42,270 nt of DNA from Oscillospiraceae bacterium (GTDB taxonomy: Bacteria > Bacillota > Clostridia > Oscillospirales > Oscillospiraceae). Shown piece after piece: positions 1-8,253 of this stretch. A model generated the notes under the pieces. That model saw only the letters and a list, made by a program, of their open reading frames with translations. It searched no databases and had not been told where the DNA came from. The DNA is taken from assembly GCA_024698225.1 (NCBI GenBank), contig JAILRK010000242.1:1-42270 (forward strand), read 5' to 3'. The stretch's first letter is position 1, and each line of letters opens with the position of its first letter. The translations under genes and the position numbers were made by a program.

Positions 1-2
1 CG

Positions 3-209
3 CAGCCGCTGGAGGCGCTGCTCTGCGGGGCTGCCGACGGGCGCGAGACCTCCGCCATCGCGCAGGTCTGTTCGCTCCTCGCCACACTGCTGCGCTCGGA
101 CGGGCTCTCCGCGCACAGCGACGACGAGCTGGAGCGCCACGCCTACGCCGTCAATGCGGGCATTGCGGACGCCTCGCTGCGCAACCTGCACGTCCTTGCC
201 GCCGTATGA
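3..209 (+). CDS. C-terminal fragment of a protein, probably DUF4037-domain family (5' truncated by window)
   Basis: Open frame 3..209 reads QPLEALL...LRSDGLSAHSDDELERHAYAVNAGIADASLRNLHVLAAV* with high-GC3 codons; the tail resembles clostridial DUF4037 protein C-termini (from memory). Confidence 0.5.
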   Translation, partial: QPLEALLCGAADGRETSAIAQVCSLLATLLRSDGLSAHSDDELERHAYAVNAGIADASLRNLHVLAAV

Positions 210-252
210 TGCGCGCGGACAGACGATTGCCTGCTTTTTATCTGTTTTTCTC

Positions 253-281
253 TTGCAGACGCGCTGCGTTTGCGGTATAAT
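253..281 (+). promoter_or_regulatory. sigma70/SigA-type promoter
   Basis: TTGCAG-17nt-TATAAT upstream of AGGAGG RBS and ATG 318. Confidence 0.65.
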
Positions 282-317
282 CCGGTCAGAACAATTCATC
301 ACCAAGGAGGAATCGCT

Positions 318-503
318 ATGAAGGAGTTATTGAAGAAGCTGCTGCTCTGCTGCGTTCTGCTCGCCTGCCTGTGCGGCTTTGGCTATCTGGTCTGGGTGCA
401 CCGCCGCGTCATCAAGGCGATGCTCACGGGTGAGCCGATGCCCGAGGTCCCGGAGAACTGCCCCGCACACCGCTTCTGCAAGAAGGAAGCCGCCGAAACC
501 TGA
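318..503 (+). CDS. small single-pass membrane protein, hypothetical (61 aa)
   Basis: AAGGAGG RBS 7 nt before ATG 318, own promoter and downstream hairpin; hydrophobic N-terminal helix, then HRRVIKA...CPAHRFC. Confidence 0.7.
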   Translation: MKELLKKLLLCCVLLACLCGFGYLVWVHRRVIKAMLTGEPMPEVPENCPAHRFCKKEAAET

Positions 504-519
504 CACGCACACATGCAAT

Positions 520-551
520 ATGCCGCCCGTCGGATTCCCGACGGGCGGCAT
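520..551. terminator. hairpin between convergent genes (probable bidirectional terminator)
   Basis: ATGCCGCCCGTCGG-attc-CCGACGGGCGGCAT, 14-bp perfect stem. Confidence 0.7.
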
Positions 552-581
552 TGTCATGTCCGCTCTGCGCCGCATGCGGCG

Positions 582-947
582 TTATGTTGTGTGCTCCGGC
601 GCTTCGGCCTGTTGCTTGGCGAGCGCCTGCTCCTCATTCTTGATTTCCCAGTGAATCAGGAAGGTCAGCAACCCGCGCAGCACGATGATTGCGCCGAGAA
701 TGCCCAGCTCCGCCCACTCGCGCACGACGACGGTGCGCAGCACCTCGCCGCCGAGCTTGAACTCCAGCGCCAGCGCGATGCCCTGCGCCAGCGTCAGGCG
801 GATTTCGGTGTCCCGCCGCATCCAGCGGATGAAGCATTTGACGGCGGTGAACACCAGCACGCAAATGCCAAAGAGCTCCATCAGCGTCGTGCAGAACGTC
901 GCAAGCTCATAGAGCAGGTCCTCCATCACAGCAATCCAAGCCGACAT
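582..947 (-). CDS. DUF1622 family membrane protein
   Basis: Signature IRLTLAQGIALALEFKLGGEVLRTVVVREWAELGILGAIIVLRGLLTFLIHWEI; start moved to ATG 947, which follows a purine-rich RBS. Confidence 0.85.
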   Translation of the reverse strand: MSAWIAVMEDLLYELATFCTTLMELFGICVLVFTAVKCFIRWMRRDTEIRLTLAQGIALALEFKLGGEVLRTVVVREWAELGILGAIIVLRGLLTFLIHWEIKNEEQALAKQQAEAPEHTT

Positions 948-1022
948 GTGACCACCGTCCTCTCGTGTTGTGGTTTCCAGTATAGCACAGCGGCGGCACG
1001 CTGTCGAGCGCAAAATGCACGC

Positions 1023-3068
1023 TCATCTCCCCCGTTTTCTCTGCCAGGGGCGCGGCGGGGCGGCGGCGCCGCGCTGGCGGCGAAAGCAGGCGTCGCAGAG
1101 GCGGCCGCGGTGGTGCAGGGGAAGCGCCTTGCCGCAGCGCTCGCAGAAGCGGATGTTGTTCTGCAGGCGATAGACGAGGATTTCGTTGATTTCCTCCGCC
1201 ACGCGCTCGCGGGTGTCGGTCAGCTTGTCCGCGTCCACGGCGCAGCCGAAGGCACGGGAAAACGAGAAGTACAGGTCGAGCTTGCGGTAATAGCGCTCCA
1301 GCTCCGGCAGCGTCGCGTCCGCGCCCTCGGCAAGGCCCGGCTGCTCGATGCGCTCGCCCCGGCTCCAGGCGCGCAGGAAGTCGAAGAACAGCTCCATGAG
1401 CGCGTCCTCCGTCTCGTCAAAGGGGATGTTCGCGGCGCGCAGCTCCTGCTCCTTGCCGAGCAGGAAGCCCTTCTCGCGCATTTTCGTTATCAGGGAGAGA
1501 TAGCGCGTGATGTCCAGCTTGCGGTAGGGCTCGACGGCGGGCAGCCTGCTCCACTCGGTCAGCACCTCCAGCAGGTCGAAGTCCACCGAGAGCACCAGCT
1601 CCGAAAAGCCGAGCACCGCGTACTGCAGCGGCGGCACCACCGCCTCCAGTCCCGCACGCACGGCGGCAAGGTTCTCCATCGCGCCGACGTAGCCCTTGTC
1701 ATACATGCCGTAGCGCCCGGCGCGCCCGGCAATCTGCCGGATTTCCTCCGGCTTGAGCGCGCGGCGCTCCACGCCGTCGTACTTCTCGGTCTCCATAAAG
1801 ATGACGCGGCGGATGGGCAGGTTCAGCCCCATGCCGATGGCGTCCGTGGCGACGACGTACTGCATGCGTCCGTCCAGAAAGCCGTCCATCTGCCGCCGCC
1901 GCGTGGCGTAGGGCAGCGCGCCATAGATGATGGCGGGCTCCTTGCCGGACTGGCGCAGGTCCTCCGCCGCGCTGAGCACGCCGACCTTGGAAAAGGAAAT
2001 CAGCGCGTCGCCCGGGCGGACGTGGTCGAAATCCACCGTGCGGGACATGCAGACCAGGGGCGTCTGCCGCCGGTGCAGCTCCACCTCATAGCTGTCGCCG
2101 CAGCTCTCGATGAGGCGGATGAGCAGGTTCTTCGCCTCGGGCGCGGCGCACAGATGCACCTCCTGCGCCTGCACGCCGAGGATGGCGCGCGTCCACGCGT
2201 AGCCCCGCGCGCTGTCGGCAATCATCTGGCACTCGTCGATGACCGCCACGTCATAGCGCGCGCGCAGGTCCAGCTTTTCGGCGGTGGCGGCGACGTGGGT
2301 GTCGCCCTCGCGCAGGTCCTCCTCCTCGCCGGTGGTCAGGGCACAGTCCACCCCGGCGTCGAGCAGCGTCTCCTGCGCCTCCAGCGCCAGCAGCCTCAGC
2401 GGCGCGAGATAGACGCCCGTCGGCGCGGTCTTGAGGCGCTGGAACCCGGCGTAGGTCTTGCCGGTGTTGGTGCCGCCGAGGTGCAGGATGAAGCGGCGGT
2501 GCATGGCGCGCGCCTCGGGATACTCGTCCTTCGGATTCAGCGCCAGCAGCAGCTTGAGACTGGAGCGAATCGCCTGCGGCACGTACCACACCGACCACAC
2601 CGCGCCCAGCCCGTCGGAGAGCAGGAGCTCGGCGGGAAAGCCGCGGCGGTCCAGCAGCTGCGCAAGCTCCGCCTCCGGCTGCGTCTCGGCAAAGTCAAGC
2701 CGTGCCTGCTCTGCCGCGGCGCGGAGCACGTAGGGATAGCGCTCGCAGACGTGGCGCGCCGTCAGGCTGTCCGGCTGTTCGGCGAGGAAGCCGGAGGCGC
2801 GGATGAAGTGCCTGAGCACGTCCCCCAGCCGCCGGCTGTCACAGTGCTGCTCCAGCGCGAGGAATTCGCCAAACCAGCCGGTCGCCTGCGAAATGCGGAC
2901 GCGCTTGCTGCTGCGCAGGTTTCTCAGGCGCGCGACGATGGCATAGTGGTACTTGCCCGCCAGCCGCCACGCAAGGCTGTGTTCCTTCGCCGCCGCGTCC
3001 CAGGCCTCCTGCAAATGCTGCGCGGTCCTCTCCGCACCGCTGCTTGGATGCTGCGCCTTGCGCGGCAT
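1023..3068 (-). CDS. Suv3-like superfamily 2 helicase with C-terminal Cys4 zinc ribbon
   Basis: GGTNTGKT, YLAPLRLLALE, IDECQMI, RGYAWTRA, ATDAIGMGLNL, QIAGRAGRYG; C-terminal CERC...CDAC. Confidence 0.88.
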   Translation of the reverse strand: MPRKAQHPSSGAERTAQHLQEAWDAAAKEHSLAWRLAGKYHYAIVARLRNLRSSKRVRISQATGWFGEFLALEQHCDSRRLGDVLRHFIRASGFLAEQPDSLTARHVCERYPYVLRAAAEQARLDFAETQPEAELAQLLDRRGFPAELLLSDGLGAVWSVWYVPQAIRSSLKLLLALNPKDEYPEARAMHRRFILHLGGTNTGKTYAGFQRLKTAPTGVYLAPLRLLALEAQETLLDAGVDCALTTGEEEDLREGDTHVAATAEKLDLRARYDVAVIDECQMIADSARGYAWTRAILGVQAQEVHLCAAPEAKNLLIRLIESCGDSYEVELHRRQTPLVCMSRTVDFDHVRPGDALISFSKVGVLSAAEDLRQSGKEPAIIYGALPYATRRRQMDGFLDGRMQYVVATDAIGMGLNLPIRRVIFMETEKYDGVERRALKPEEIRQIAGRAGRYGMYDKGYVGAMENLAAVRAGLEAVVPPLQYAVLGFSELVLSVDFDLLEVLTEWSRLPAVEPYRKLDITRYLSLITKMREKGFLLGKEQELRAANIPFDETEDALMELFFDFLRAWSRGERIEQPGLAEGADATLPELERYYRKLDLYFSFSRAFGCAVDADKLTDTRERVAEEINEILVYRLQNNIRFCERCGKALPLHHRGRLCDACFRRQRGAAAPPRPWQRKRGR

Positions 3069-3616
3069 CAGCGGTACACGACGGCGTGTGCAAGCGCCTC
3101 CGCCCGCTCCGCGCCGTCCAGATACGTCACCAGCGCAAGCGCAAAGTCGATTGCCGTGCCGACGCCGCGGCTGGTGATGACCGTGCCGTCCGTCACGGCG
3201 GACTCGGTCACGGCGGTCGCGCCGCTCAGTCTGCCCTCAAGCCCCGGATAGCAGGTTGCGCGCCTGCCCTCCAGCACGCCCGCCTTCGCCAGCACCGTCG
3301 GCGCGGCGCAGATGGCGGCGGTCAGCTTGCCCGCCGCGTGGAAGCGGCGCAGCAACGCAAGCACGCGCTCGTCCGCGGCGAGGTTGTTCGTGCCCGGCTG
3401 ACCGCCCGGCAGCAGCAGTGCGTCGTAGTCGTCAAAGGGCGTCTGCGTGAACGCGCGGTCCGCGCCGACGACGACGCCGTGCGCGCCCGTCACCGTTGCG
3501 CCGTCGTCCAGCGCGACGATGTCACAGGCGACGTCCGCGCGACGCAGCAGGTCCACGACGGTCAGCGCCTCCACCTCTTCAAATCCGTTTGCAAACAGCA
3601 TGGCAGTTTTTTTCAT
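3068..3616 (-). CDS. DJ-1/PfpI (ThiJ/YajL-like) glyoxalase III/deglycase
   Basis: GFEEVEA, LLPGG, AAICAAP nucleophile elbow, ATCYPG, TSRGVGTA. Confidence 0.92.
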   Translation of the reverse strand: MKKTAMLFANGFEEVEALTVVDLLRRADVACDIVALDDGATVTGAHGVVVGADRAFTQTPFDDYDALLLPGGQPGTNNLAADERVLALLRRFHAAGKLTAAICAAPTVLAKAGVLEGRRATCYPGLEGRLSGATAVTESAVTDGTVITSRGVGTAIDFALALVTYLDGAERAEALAHAVVYR

Positions 3617-3628
3617 AGTGCGTTCCTC

Positions 3629-4579
3629 CTATTGCATTCTGTGTGTTTCCATAAATTCCAGCACCTGCGCGCGGCTGCGCAGCGCGGCGGACGCGCCGAC
3701 TGCCGTGGCGCAGAGTGCGCCGCAGGCGTTGGCGAAGCGCAGTGCCTCGCCGCGGCTCGCGCCGCGCAGCAGCGCGGAGACAAAGCCCGCGATGAAGTTG
3801 TCGCCCGCGCCGGTGGCGTCCACGGCGGTCACGCCGTAGGCGCGCAGGCGGATGGTCTCGTGCGCGTCCATGTAGAGGCAGCCCGCGCCGCCCAGCTTCA
3901 CGACGACGCTGCCCACGCCATGGCGCAGAAAGCACTCCGCCATCGCCTCCGGCTCCGTCTCGCCGGTGTAGCGGCGCGCCTCGTCCTCGTTGGGGAAGAT
4001 GCCGTCCAGCAACGGCAGGCTGTCGCGCAGGTCCTCCAGCGTCAGCGTGCGGAAGTTCGGCAGCTTGGTATCGGCAAAGACCAGGCTGCCCTGCGCCTTC
4101 GCCGCCGTCACGACGGCGTGGACGACCGCGGGGTCGTCAAAGGGCGCGCGGAACAGCGAGGCAAGCGTCACCACGCGGCTCGCGCCCAACGCCGCGGCGT
4201 GGCGCTCCGGGTGGAAGTTGTAACGATGGGCGACGTTGGTGACGGAGCGGCGCGTGCCGTCCGCCGCAACCAGCAGCGTGGAAACGGGGGTTGCGTGCGC
4301 CGTCTCGCGCACGACCGCGCCCGTGTCCACGCCCGCGCGTGAGAGCGCGTCCTGCACCATGTCGCCCGCGGCGTCGGCGCCGAGGAAGCAGAGGATGCGC
4401 GTGCGCAGCCCCAGCTTCGCGCCCGCCATTGCCTCGTTGACCGCCTCGCCGCCGACGCTGAGCGTGCCGCTTTCGGCGCGGTAGCCCGAAGCGGAGACGG
4501 GAACGGGGTCAAAGCCGCGCACGATGGAGTCCACCAGCGCCGTGCCGACGCAGGTGAGGTCAAATGCCGCGCCGCTCAT
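3629..4579 (-). CDS. PfkB/ribokinase-family carbohydrate kinase
   Basis: GGEAVNEA, FPNEDEA, VVKLGGAG, DATGAGDNFIAG. Confidence 0.9.
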   Translation of the reverse strand: MSGAAFDLTCVGTALVDSIVRGFDPVPVSASGYRAESGTLSVGGEAVNEAMAGAKLGLRTRILCFLGADAAGDMVQDALSRAGVDTGAVVRETAHATPVSTLLVAADGTRRSVTNVAHRYNFHPERHAAALGASRVVTLASLFRAPFDDPAVVHAVVTAAKAQGSLVFADTKLPNFRTLTLEDLRDSLPLLDGIFPNEDEARRYTGETEPEAMAECFLRHGVGSVVVKLGGAGCLYMDAHETIRLRAYGVTAVDATGAGDNFIAGFVSALLRGASRGEALRFANACGALCATAVGASAALRSRAQVLEFMETHRMQ

Positions 4580-5508
4580 CCCGTCACGTCCAGGTCCAGC
4601 CCCAGCTCCCTCGGCTGGAAGCGCGGGCAGGTGTTCTCCGAGACGGTGATGACCGAGGCGGCGAGGTGCGTGCCGATGCGCACCGACGTGCGCAGGTCCT
4701 TGCCGTAGGTCTGCCCGATGGCGACGCCTGCGCAGAACGCGTCGCCCGCGCCGCTGGTGTCGCGCACGACGACGGACTCCGGCGGATAGTAGCCGCGCGT
4801 CCCGTCAAGCCCGGCATAGACCGCGCCGCGGCTGCCCATGGTGACAACCATGGAGGGGATGTTCGCCTTGACGATGCGCTGATACAGCTCCTCCGCCAGC
4901 GCCTCCGGCGCCATGTCGGAGAAATCGTCCACGAACAGAATGCCCGCCTCCTGCAGATTGCAGACAAAGCAGTCGATGGACTGCAGAAAGTCGCGCCGCT
5001 GGGAGGCAATCGCCATGTTCGACACCACGGCATAGCGCTTCTTGTTGTATTTTTTCGCATACTGGATGATGCGCTTGACGATTTCCTCGTCCATGTCGAG
5101 CTCCAGCACGACGCTGTCCGCATCCCGGAAAATGTCATCACCCTTTTCGTCGAGCAGCTCCACCAGCGCGTCCAGCGCCGGACGCTTGGAAATCGAGCCG
5201 GCAAGGTCGCCCGTGTTGTCGAACACGGCGAGCCAGATGCCCATGCCGTCCTTCCTTGTGAGCACATAGTCGGTGTTGACCCTGTGCTTGTTCAGCTTGT
5301 GCAGCACCTCCGTGCCGGACGCCGTGTCGTCCACGATGCTGACGAACCGCGGGCGCAGCTCCACGTTGGCGATGTCCTCCGCCACGTTGCGTCCCACGCC
5401 GCCGTGCACCATCTCCACCCGCCCTGCGTTGCGCCCGGTCGGATTGTACAGGTCATCGGGAAAGCCCTTGATGTCCAGAAACACCGCACCCACCACCACG
5501 ATAGCCAT
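4576..5508 (-). CDS. PfkB-family kinase (pseudouridine-kinase-like)
   Basis: GGVGRNVAEDIA, CNLQEA, VTMGSRG, DTSGAGDAFCAG; 4-bp overlap with the next gene. Confidence 0.88.
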   Translation of the reverse strand: MAIVVVGAVFLDIKGFPDDLYNPTGRNAGRVEMVHGGVGRNVAEDIANVELRPRFVSIVDDTASGTEVLHKLNKHRVNTDYVLTRKDGMGIWLAVFDNTGDLAGSISKRPALDALVELLDEKGDDIFRDADSVVLELDMDEEIVKRIIQYAKKYNKKRYAVVSNMAIASQRRDFLQSIDCFVCNLQEAGILFVDDFSDMAPEALAEELYQRIVKANIPSMVVTMGSRGAVYAGLDGTRGYYPPESVVVRDTSGAGDAFCAGVAIGQTYGKDLRTSVRIGTHLAASVITVSENTCPRFQPRELGLDLDVTG

Positions 5509-5679
5509 GGTTCGTTCCTCCCTGTTTCATTTTTCTATAGCATAGTCTTTTTTTCTCCGATGCGCAAGGAAAATCGCCGCACATCGGCAAAAAGCGGGCC
5601 CCGCTCGCCCCGGATACGCCCTGCGCAGGCGTCCGTCAAAATAAAATGCGAAAATAATATTATTTTTTTCGTATCACAC

Positions 5680-5708
5680 TTGACAAACCGATTTAAAGTA
5701 TTCATAAT
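5680..5708 (+). promoter_or_regulatory. strong sigma70 promoter of hup
   Basis: TTGACA-17nt-CATAAT preceded by an AT-rich UP-like tract. Confidence 0.75.
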
Positions 5709-5774
5709 TCCGGTGTAACGTATGCAATATCTCTATTTCTACATTTCTAATAACACAGACGGAGGAAACAAACC

Positions 5775-6047
5775 ATGAATAAGAACGAACTGATTGCCGC
5801 CATGGCTGAAAAGAGCGAGCTGAGCAAGAAGGACGCAGAGAAAGCGCTGGCTGCATTCGTTGAGGCTGTGTCCGATGCGCTCAAGGAGGGCGACAAGGTT
5901 CAGCTCGTCGGCTTCGGCACGTTTGAGGTCAAGTCCCGCGCTGCCCGCACCGGCATCAACCCCCAGACCAAGGAACCCGTTGAGATCAAGGCGTCCAAGG
6001 CGCCCACGTTCAAGCCCGGCAAGGCGCTCAAGGACCTTCTGAACTAA
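5775..6047 (+). CDS. hup: DNA-binding protein HU
   Basis: MNKNELIAAMAEK...VQLVGFGTFEV...RTGINPQT...PTFKPGKALKD; GGAGG RBS. Confidence 0.97.
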   Translation: MNKNELIAAMAEKSELSKKDAEKALAAFVEAVSDALKEGDKVQLVGFGTFEVKSRAARTGINPQTKEPVEIKASKAPTFKPGKALKDLLN

Positions 6048-6078
6048 TCCAGGCACCACAGCGGAACGCATCATACAA

Positions 6079-6116
6079 CGGCTTCTGAGGCGAAAACCTC
6101 AGAAGCCGCTTTTTTT
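6079..6116 (+). terminator. rho-independent terminator
   Basis: CGGCTTCTGAGG-cgaaaa-CCTCAGAAGCCG followed by cTTTTTTT. Confidence 0.9.
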
Positions 6117-6129
6117 CGCGCAAGTCGCG

Positions 6130-6561
6130 TCACAGTCCGTCCGCTTCCCCAAACACCGCGCCGTCAAGCCGCAGGATGTCGGCAAAGGGAATGCGCGCGC
6201 CGTCACGCAGCAGCAGCGCGCCGCCCACCGCGTCCAGTCCCCGCACCACGCCCGTCACGCTGCAATACGCGCCGCCCTCCTTGCGCTCGTCCGGGCGGAA
6301 GTAGGTCACGCGCACCTCCGGCGCGTCGGCAAGCCGCCCCTCCAGCAGGCGGAGCTTTGCGTTCAGCGCCTCGATGCCGCCCTCGGCCGGCTCAATGCGG
6401 CGCTCGGTCAGGCGGGCGGTCTCCTCGGCATCCTCCTCATAGCCGTCAAGCGCCTTGAACGGTGCAAACTGCGCGGCGCGCTCATACAGCGGCATCGGCG
6501 GATGGAGGCCGGAAACCGGGCGCGGCAGGTCAATGATGTCGTCATAGCTGTGCTCGTTCAT
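6130..6561 (-). CDS. YolD-like protein (Y-family polymerase accessory)
   Basis: YDDIIDLPRP..HPPM...RAAQFAPFKALDGY and VTYFRPDERKEGGAY; 4-bp overlap with upstream Y-polymerase. Confidence 0.85.
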   Translation of the reverse strand: MNEHSYDDIIDLPRPVSGLHPPMPLYERAAQFAPFKALDGYEEDAEETARLTERRIEPAEGGIEALNAKLRLLEGRLADAPEVRVTYFRPDERKEGGAYCSVTGVVRGLDAVGGALLLRDGARIPFADILRLDGAVFGEADGL

Positions 6562-8081
6562 GCCTTGTGCCCTCCAATCATTCCGTTGCGCTCGCGCGTC
6601 GTCGCGCCCTCCTCGAAGTTCATGCCCTTGAGGATGGCGTTCTTCCCGTACTTTTTCTGAATGGCGAGGATTGCGCCCTGCTGCCGCTTTTCCCTCTCCC
6701 GTGCGCGTTCCTCCTCCGCCGAGCGCTCCGCGGCGCGCCTGTAGTCCGTAAAGAGGTCCAGCTGCTCCGCCTCCTGCGGCGGCGTCTCCTGTCCCTCCGG
6801 CAGCACGCGCCCCGCCACGACGTAGACCCGCCGCACCAGCAGCGCCGGGTCCACGATGCGGTCATAGAGCCGCAGCGCGGCGGCGACCAGCTCCCGGGAG
6901 GACGAGCTGCGGCGCGGAAGGTTCTCCGTGCCATGGGCGTGCTTCGGCACGCGCCGTCCGTAGCGGTCGGCAACGGTCTTGCCGCGGTACTGCTTCCGGC
7001 GCGCGGGGTCGCTCAGGTTTTCGATGTCATAGCCCACGGTCAGCACAAGCTGGTCGGTGACAAGGCCCTTGTCCACCAGCTCCAGCGCCAGCAGGTCCGT
7101 CATCTCGTGCACAATCAGCCGTCCCCCGGCAAAGTCATAGGGCCGTTGGAGCACCTGCCCCGAGCCGAGGCTGTTCACCTCCGGGCGATACGCCTTGATT
7201 TCCTTCATCGTGCAGGGCTCATAGCCCCAGGCGTGGTCAATCAGAAGCTCGGCGTTGATGCCGAACAGCTCGTAGAGCAGCGACTCGTTGCAGTATTCAT
7301 AGGGCTTGCCCAGCGAGCAGCGCGCCACGTCGCCCATGGTGTACATGCCGTTCTCCGCCAGCTTTTTGGCAATGCCCGGACCGACACGCCAGATGTCCGT
7401 AATGGGTCTGTGCCCCCAGAGCAGGCGGCGATAGCTCTTCTCGTCCAGCTCCGCGATGCGCACGCCGTCCCGGTCGGGGCTCATGTGCTTGGCGACCACG
7501 TCCATCGCCACCTTGCAGAGAAAGAGGTTCGTCCCCACGCCCGCCGTGGCGGTGATGCCCGTTTCGGCGAGCACCGCGCGGATGATTTTCATCGCCAGTT
7601 CATGCGCGCTCAGGCGGTACGTCGCCAGATAGTCCGTCACGTCCATGAACACCTCGTCGATGCTGTAGATGTGGATGTCCTCCGGCGCGATGAATTGGAG
7701 ATACACCCGGTAAATCTGCATGCTGACCTGCTTGTAGCGCGCCATGCGCGGCGGCGCGACGATGTAGTCCAGCCGCCAGCTCGGGTCGCTGCGGATGGTG
7801 GGGTCGTCGTACTGCCCGACGCAGAGCCTGCCCTCCGGCACGCGGCGCGCACGCTCGGCGTTGACCTCCTTTACCCGTTGCACGACCTCAAAAAGCCGCG
7901 GCCTGCCCGGGATGCCGTAGGCCTTGAGCGAGGGCGACACCGCCAGACAGATGGTCTTCTCCGTCCGGCTCGCGTCCGCGACGACCAGATTCGTCCGCAG
8001 CGGGTCCAGCCCGCGGTCCTTGCACTCGACCGAGGCGTAGAAGGACTTGAGGTCGATGGCAATATACTTGCGCTCCGCCAC
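6558..8081 (-). CDS. Y-family error-prone DNA polymerase (ImpB/MucB/UmuC-like)
   Basis: YIAIDLKSFYASVEC, YSIDEVFMD, IWRVGPG, QLDLF clamp-binding motif, C-terminal IGGHKA. Confidence 0.92.
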   Translation of the reverse strand: MAERKYIAIDLKSFYASVECKDRGLDPLRTNLVVADASRTEKTICLAVSPSLKAYGIPGRPRLFEVVQRVKEVNAERARRVPEGRLCVGQYDDPTIRSDPSWRLDYIVAPPRMARYKQVSMQIYRVYLQFIAPEDIHIYSIDEVFMDVTDYLATYRLSAHELAMKIIRAVLAETGITATAGVGTNLFLCKVAMDVVAKHMSPDRDGVRIAELDEKSYRRLLWGHRPITDIWRVGPGIAKKLAENGMYTMGDVARCSLGKPYEYCNESLLYELFGINAELLIDHAWGYEPCTMKEIKAYRPEVNSLGSGQVLQRPYDFAGGRLIVHEMTDLLALELVDKGLVTDQLVLTVGYDIENLSDPARRKQYRGKTVADRYGRRVPKHAHGTENLPRRSSSSRELVAAALRLYDRIVDPALLVRRVYVVAGRVLPEGQETPPQEAEQLDLFTDYRRAAERSAEEERAREREKRQQGAILAIQKKYGKNAILKGMNFEEGATTRERNGMIGGHKA

Positions 8082-8115
8082 GGCAGCCGCCCCCTTTCTG
8101 TTCCGATGTGCTTAC

Positions 8116-8154
8116 AGGATAGCATAATGCACCCGAAAAAGCAAACGTTTGTTT
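8116..8154 (-). promoter_or_regulatory. promoter with overlapping degenerate LexA (SOS) box
   Basis: Minus strand TTGCTT-17nt-TATCCT with extended TG; AAAC-N4-GTTT at 8143-8154 overlaps the -35 (2 mismatches to GAAC-N4-GTTC). Confidence 0.55.
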
Positions 8155-8166
8155 TCTTTTCACCCT

Positions 8167-8206
8167 CAAACACAGGCGGCTGCCCTGCGGCAGCCGCCCG
8201 TGTTTG
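8167..8206. terminator. hairpin, likely terminator of the GH17 gene
   Basis: CAAACACAGGCGGCTGCC-ctgc-GGCAGCCGCCCGTGTTTG. Confidence 0.7.
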
Positions 8207-8253
8207 GTATGTTTGGTGTATAATGTTGTGGTCCGTCGTCATTCCGCGCGGCG

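Noticed and set aside
513-3251. 912-aa plus-strand ORF, and similar long ORFs (3044-4342, 6567-8321, 12045-14927, 15773-17761, 21905-23419, 28207-30108, 30621-32450, 33249-34895)
   Set aside because: Antisense shadows of well-supported genes caused by high GC3; no RBS or motifs and atypical composition
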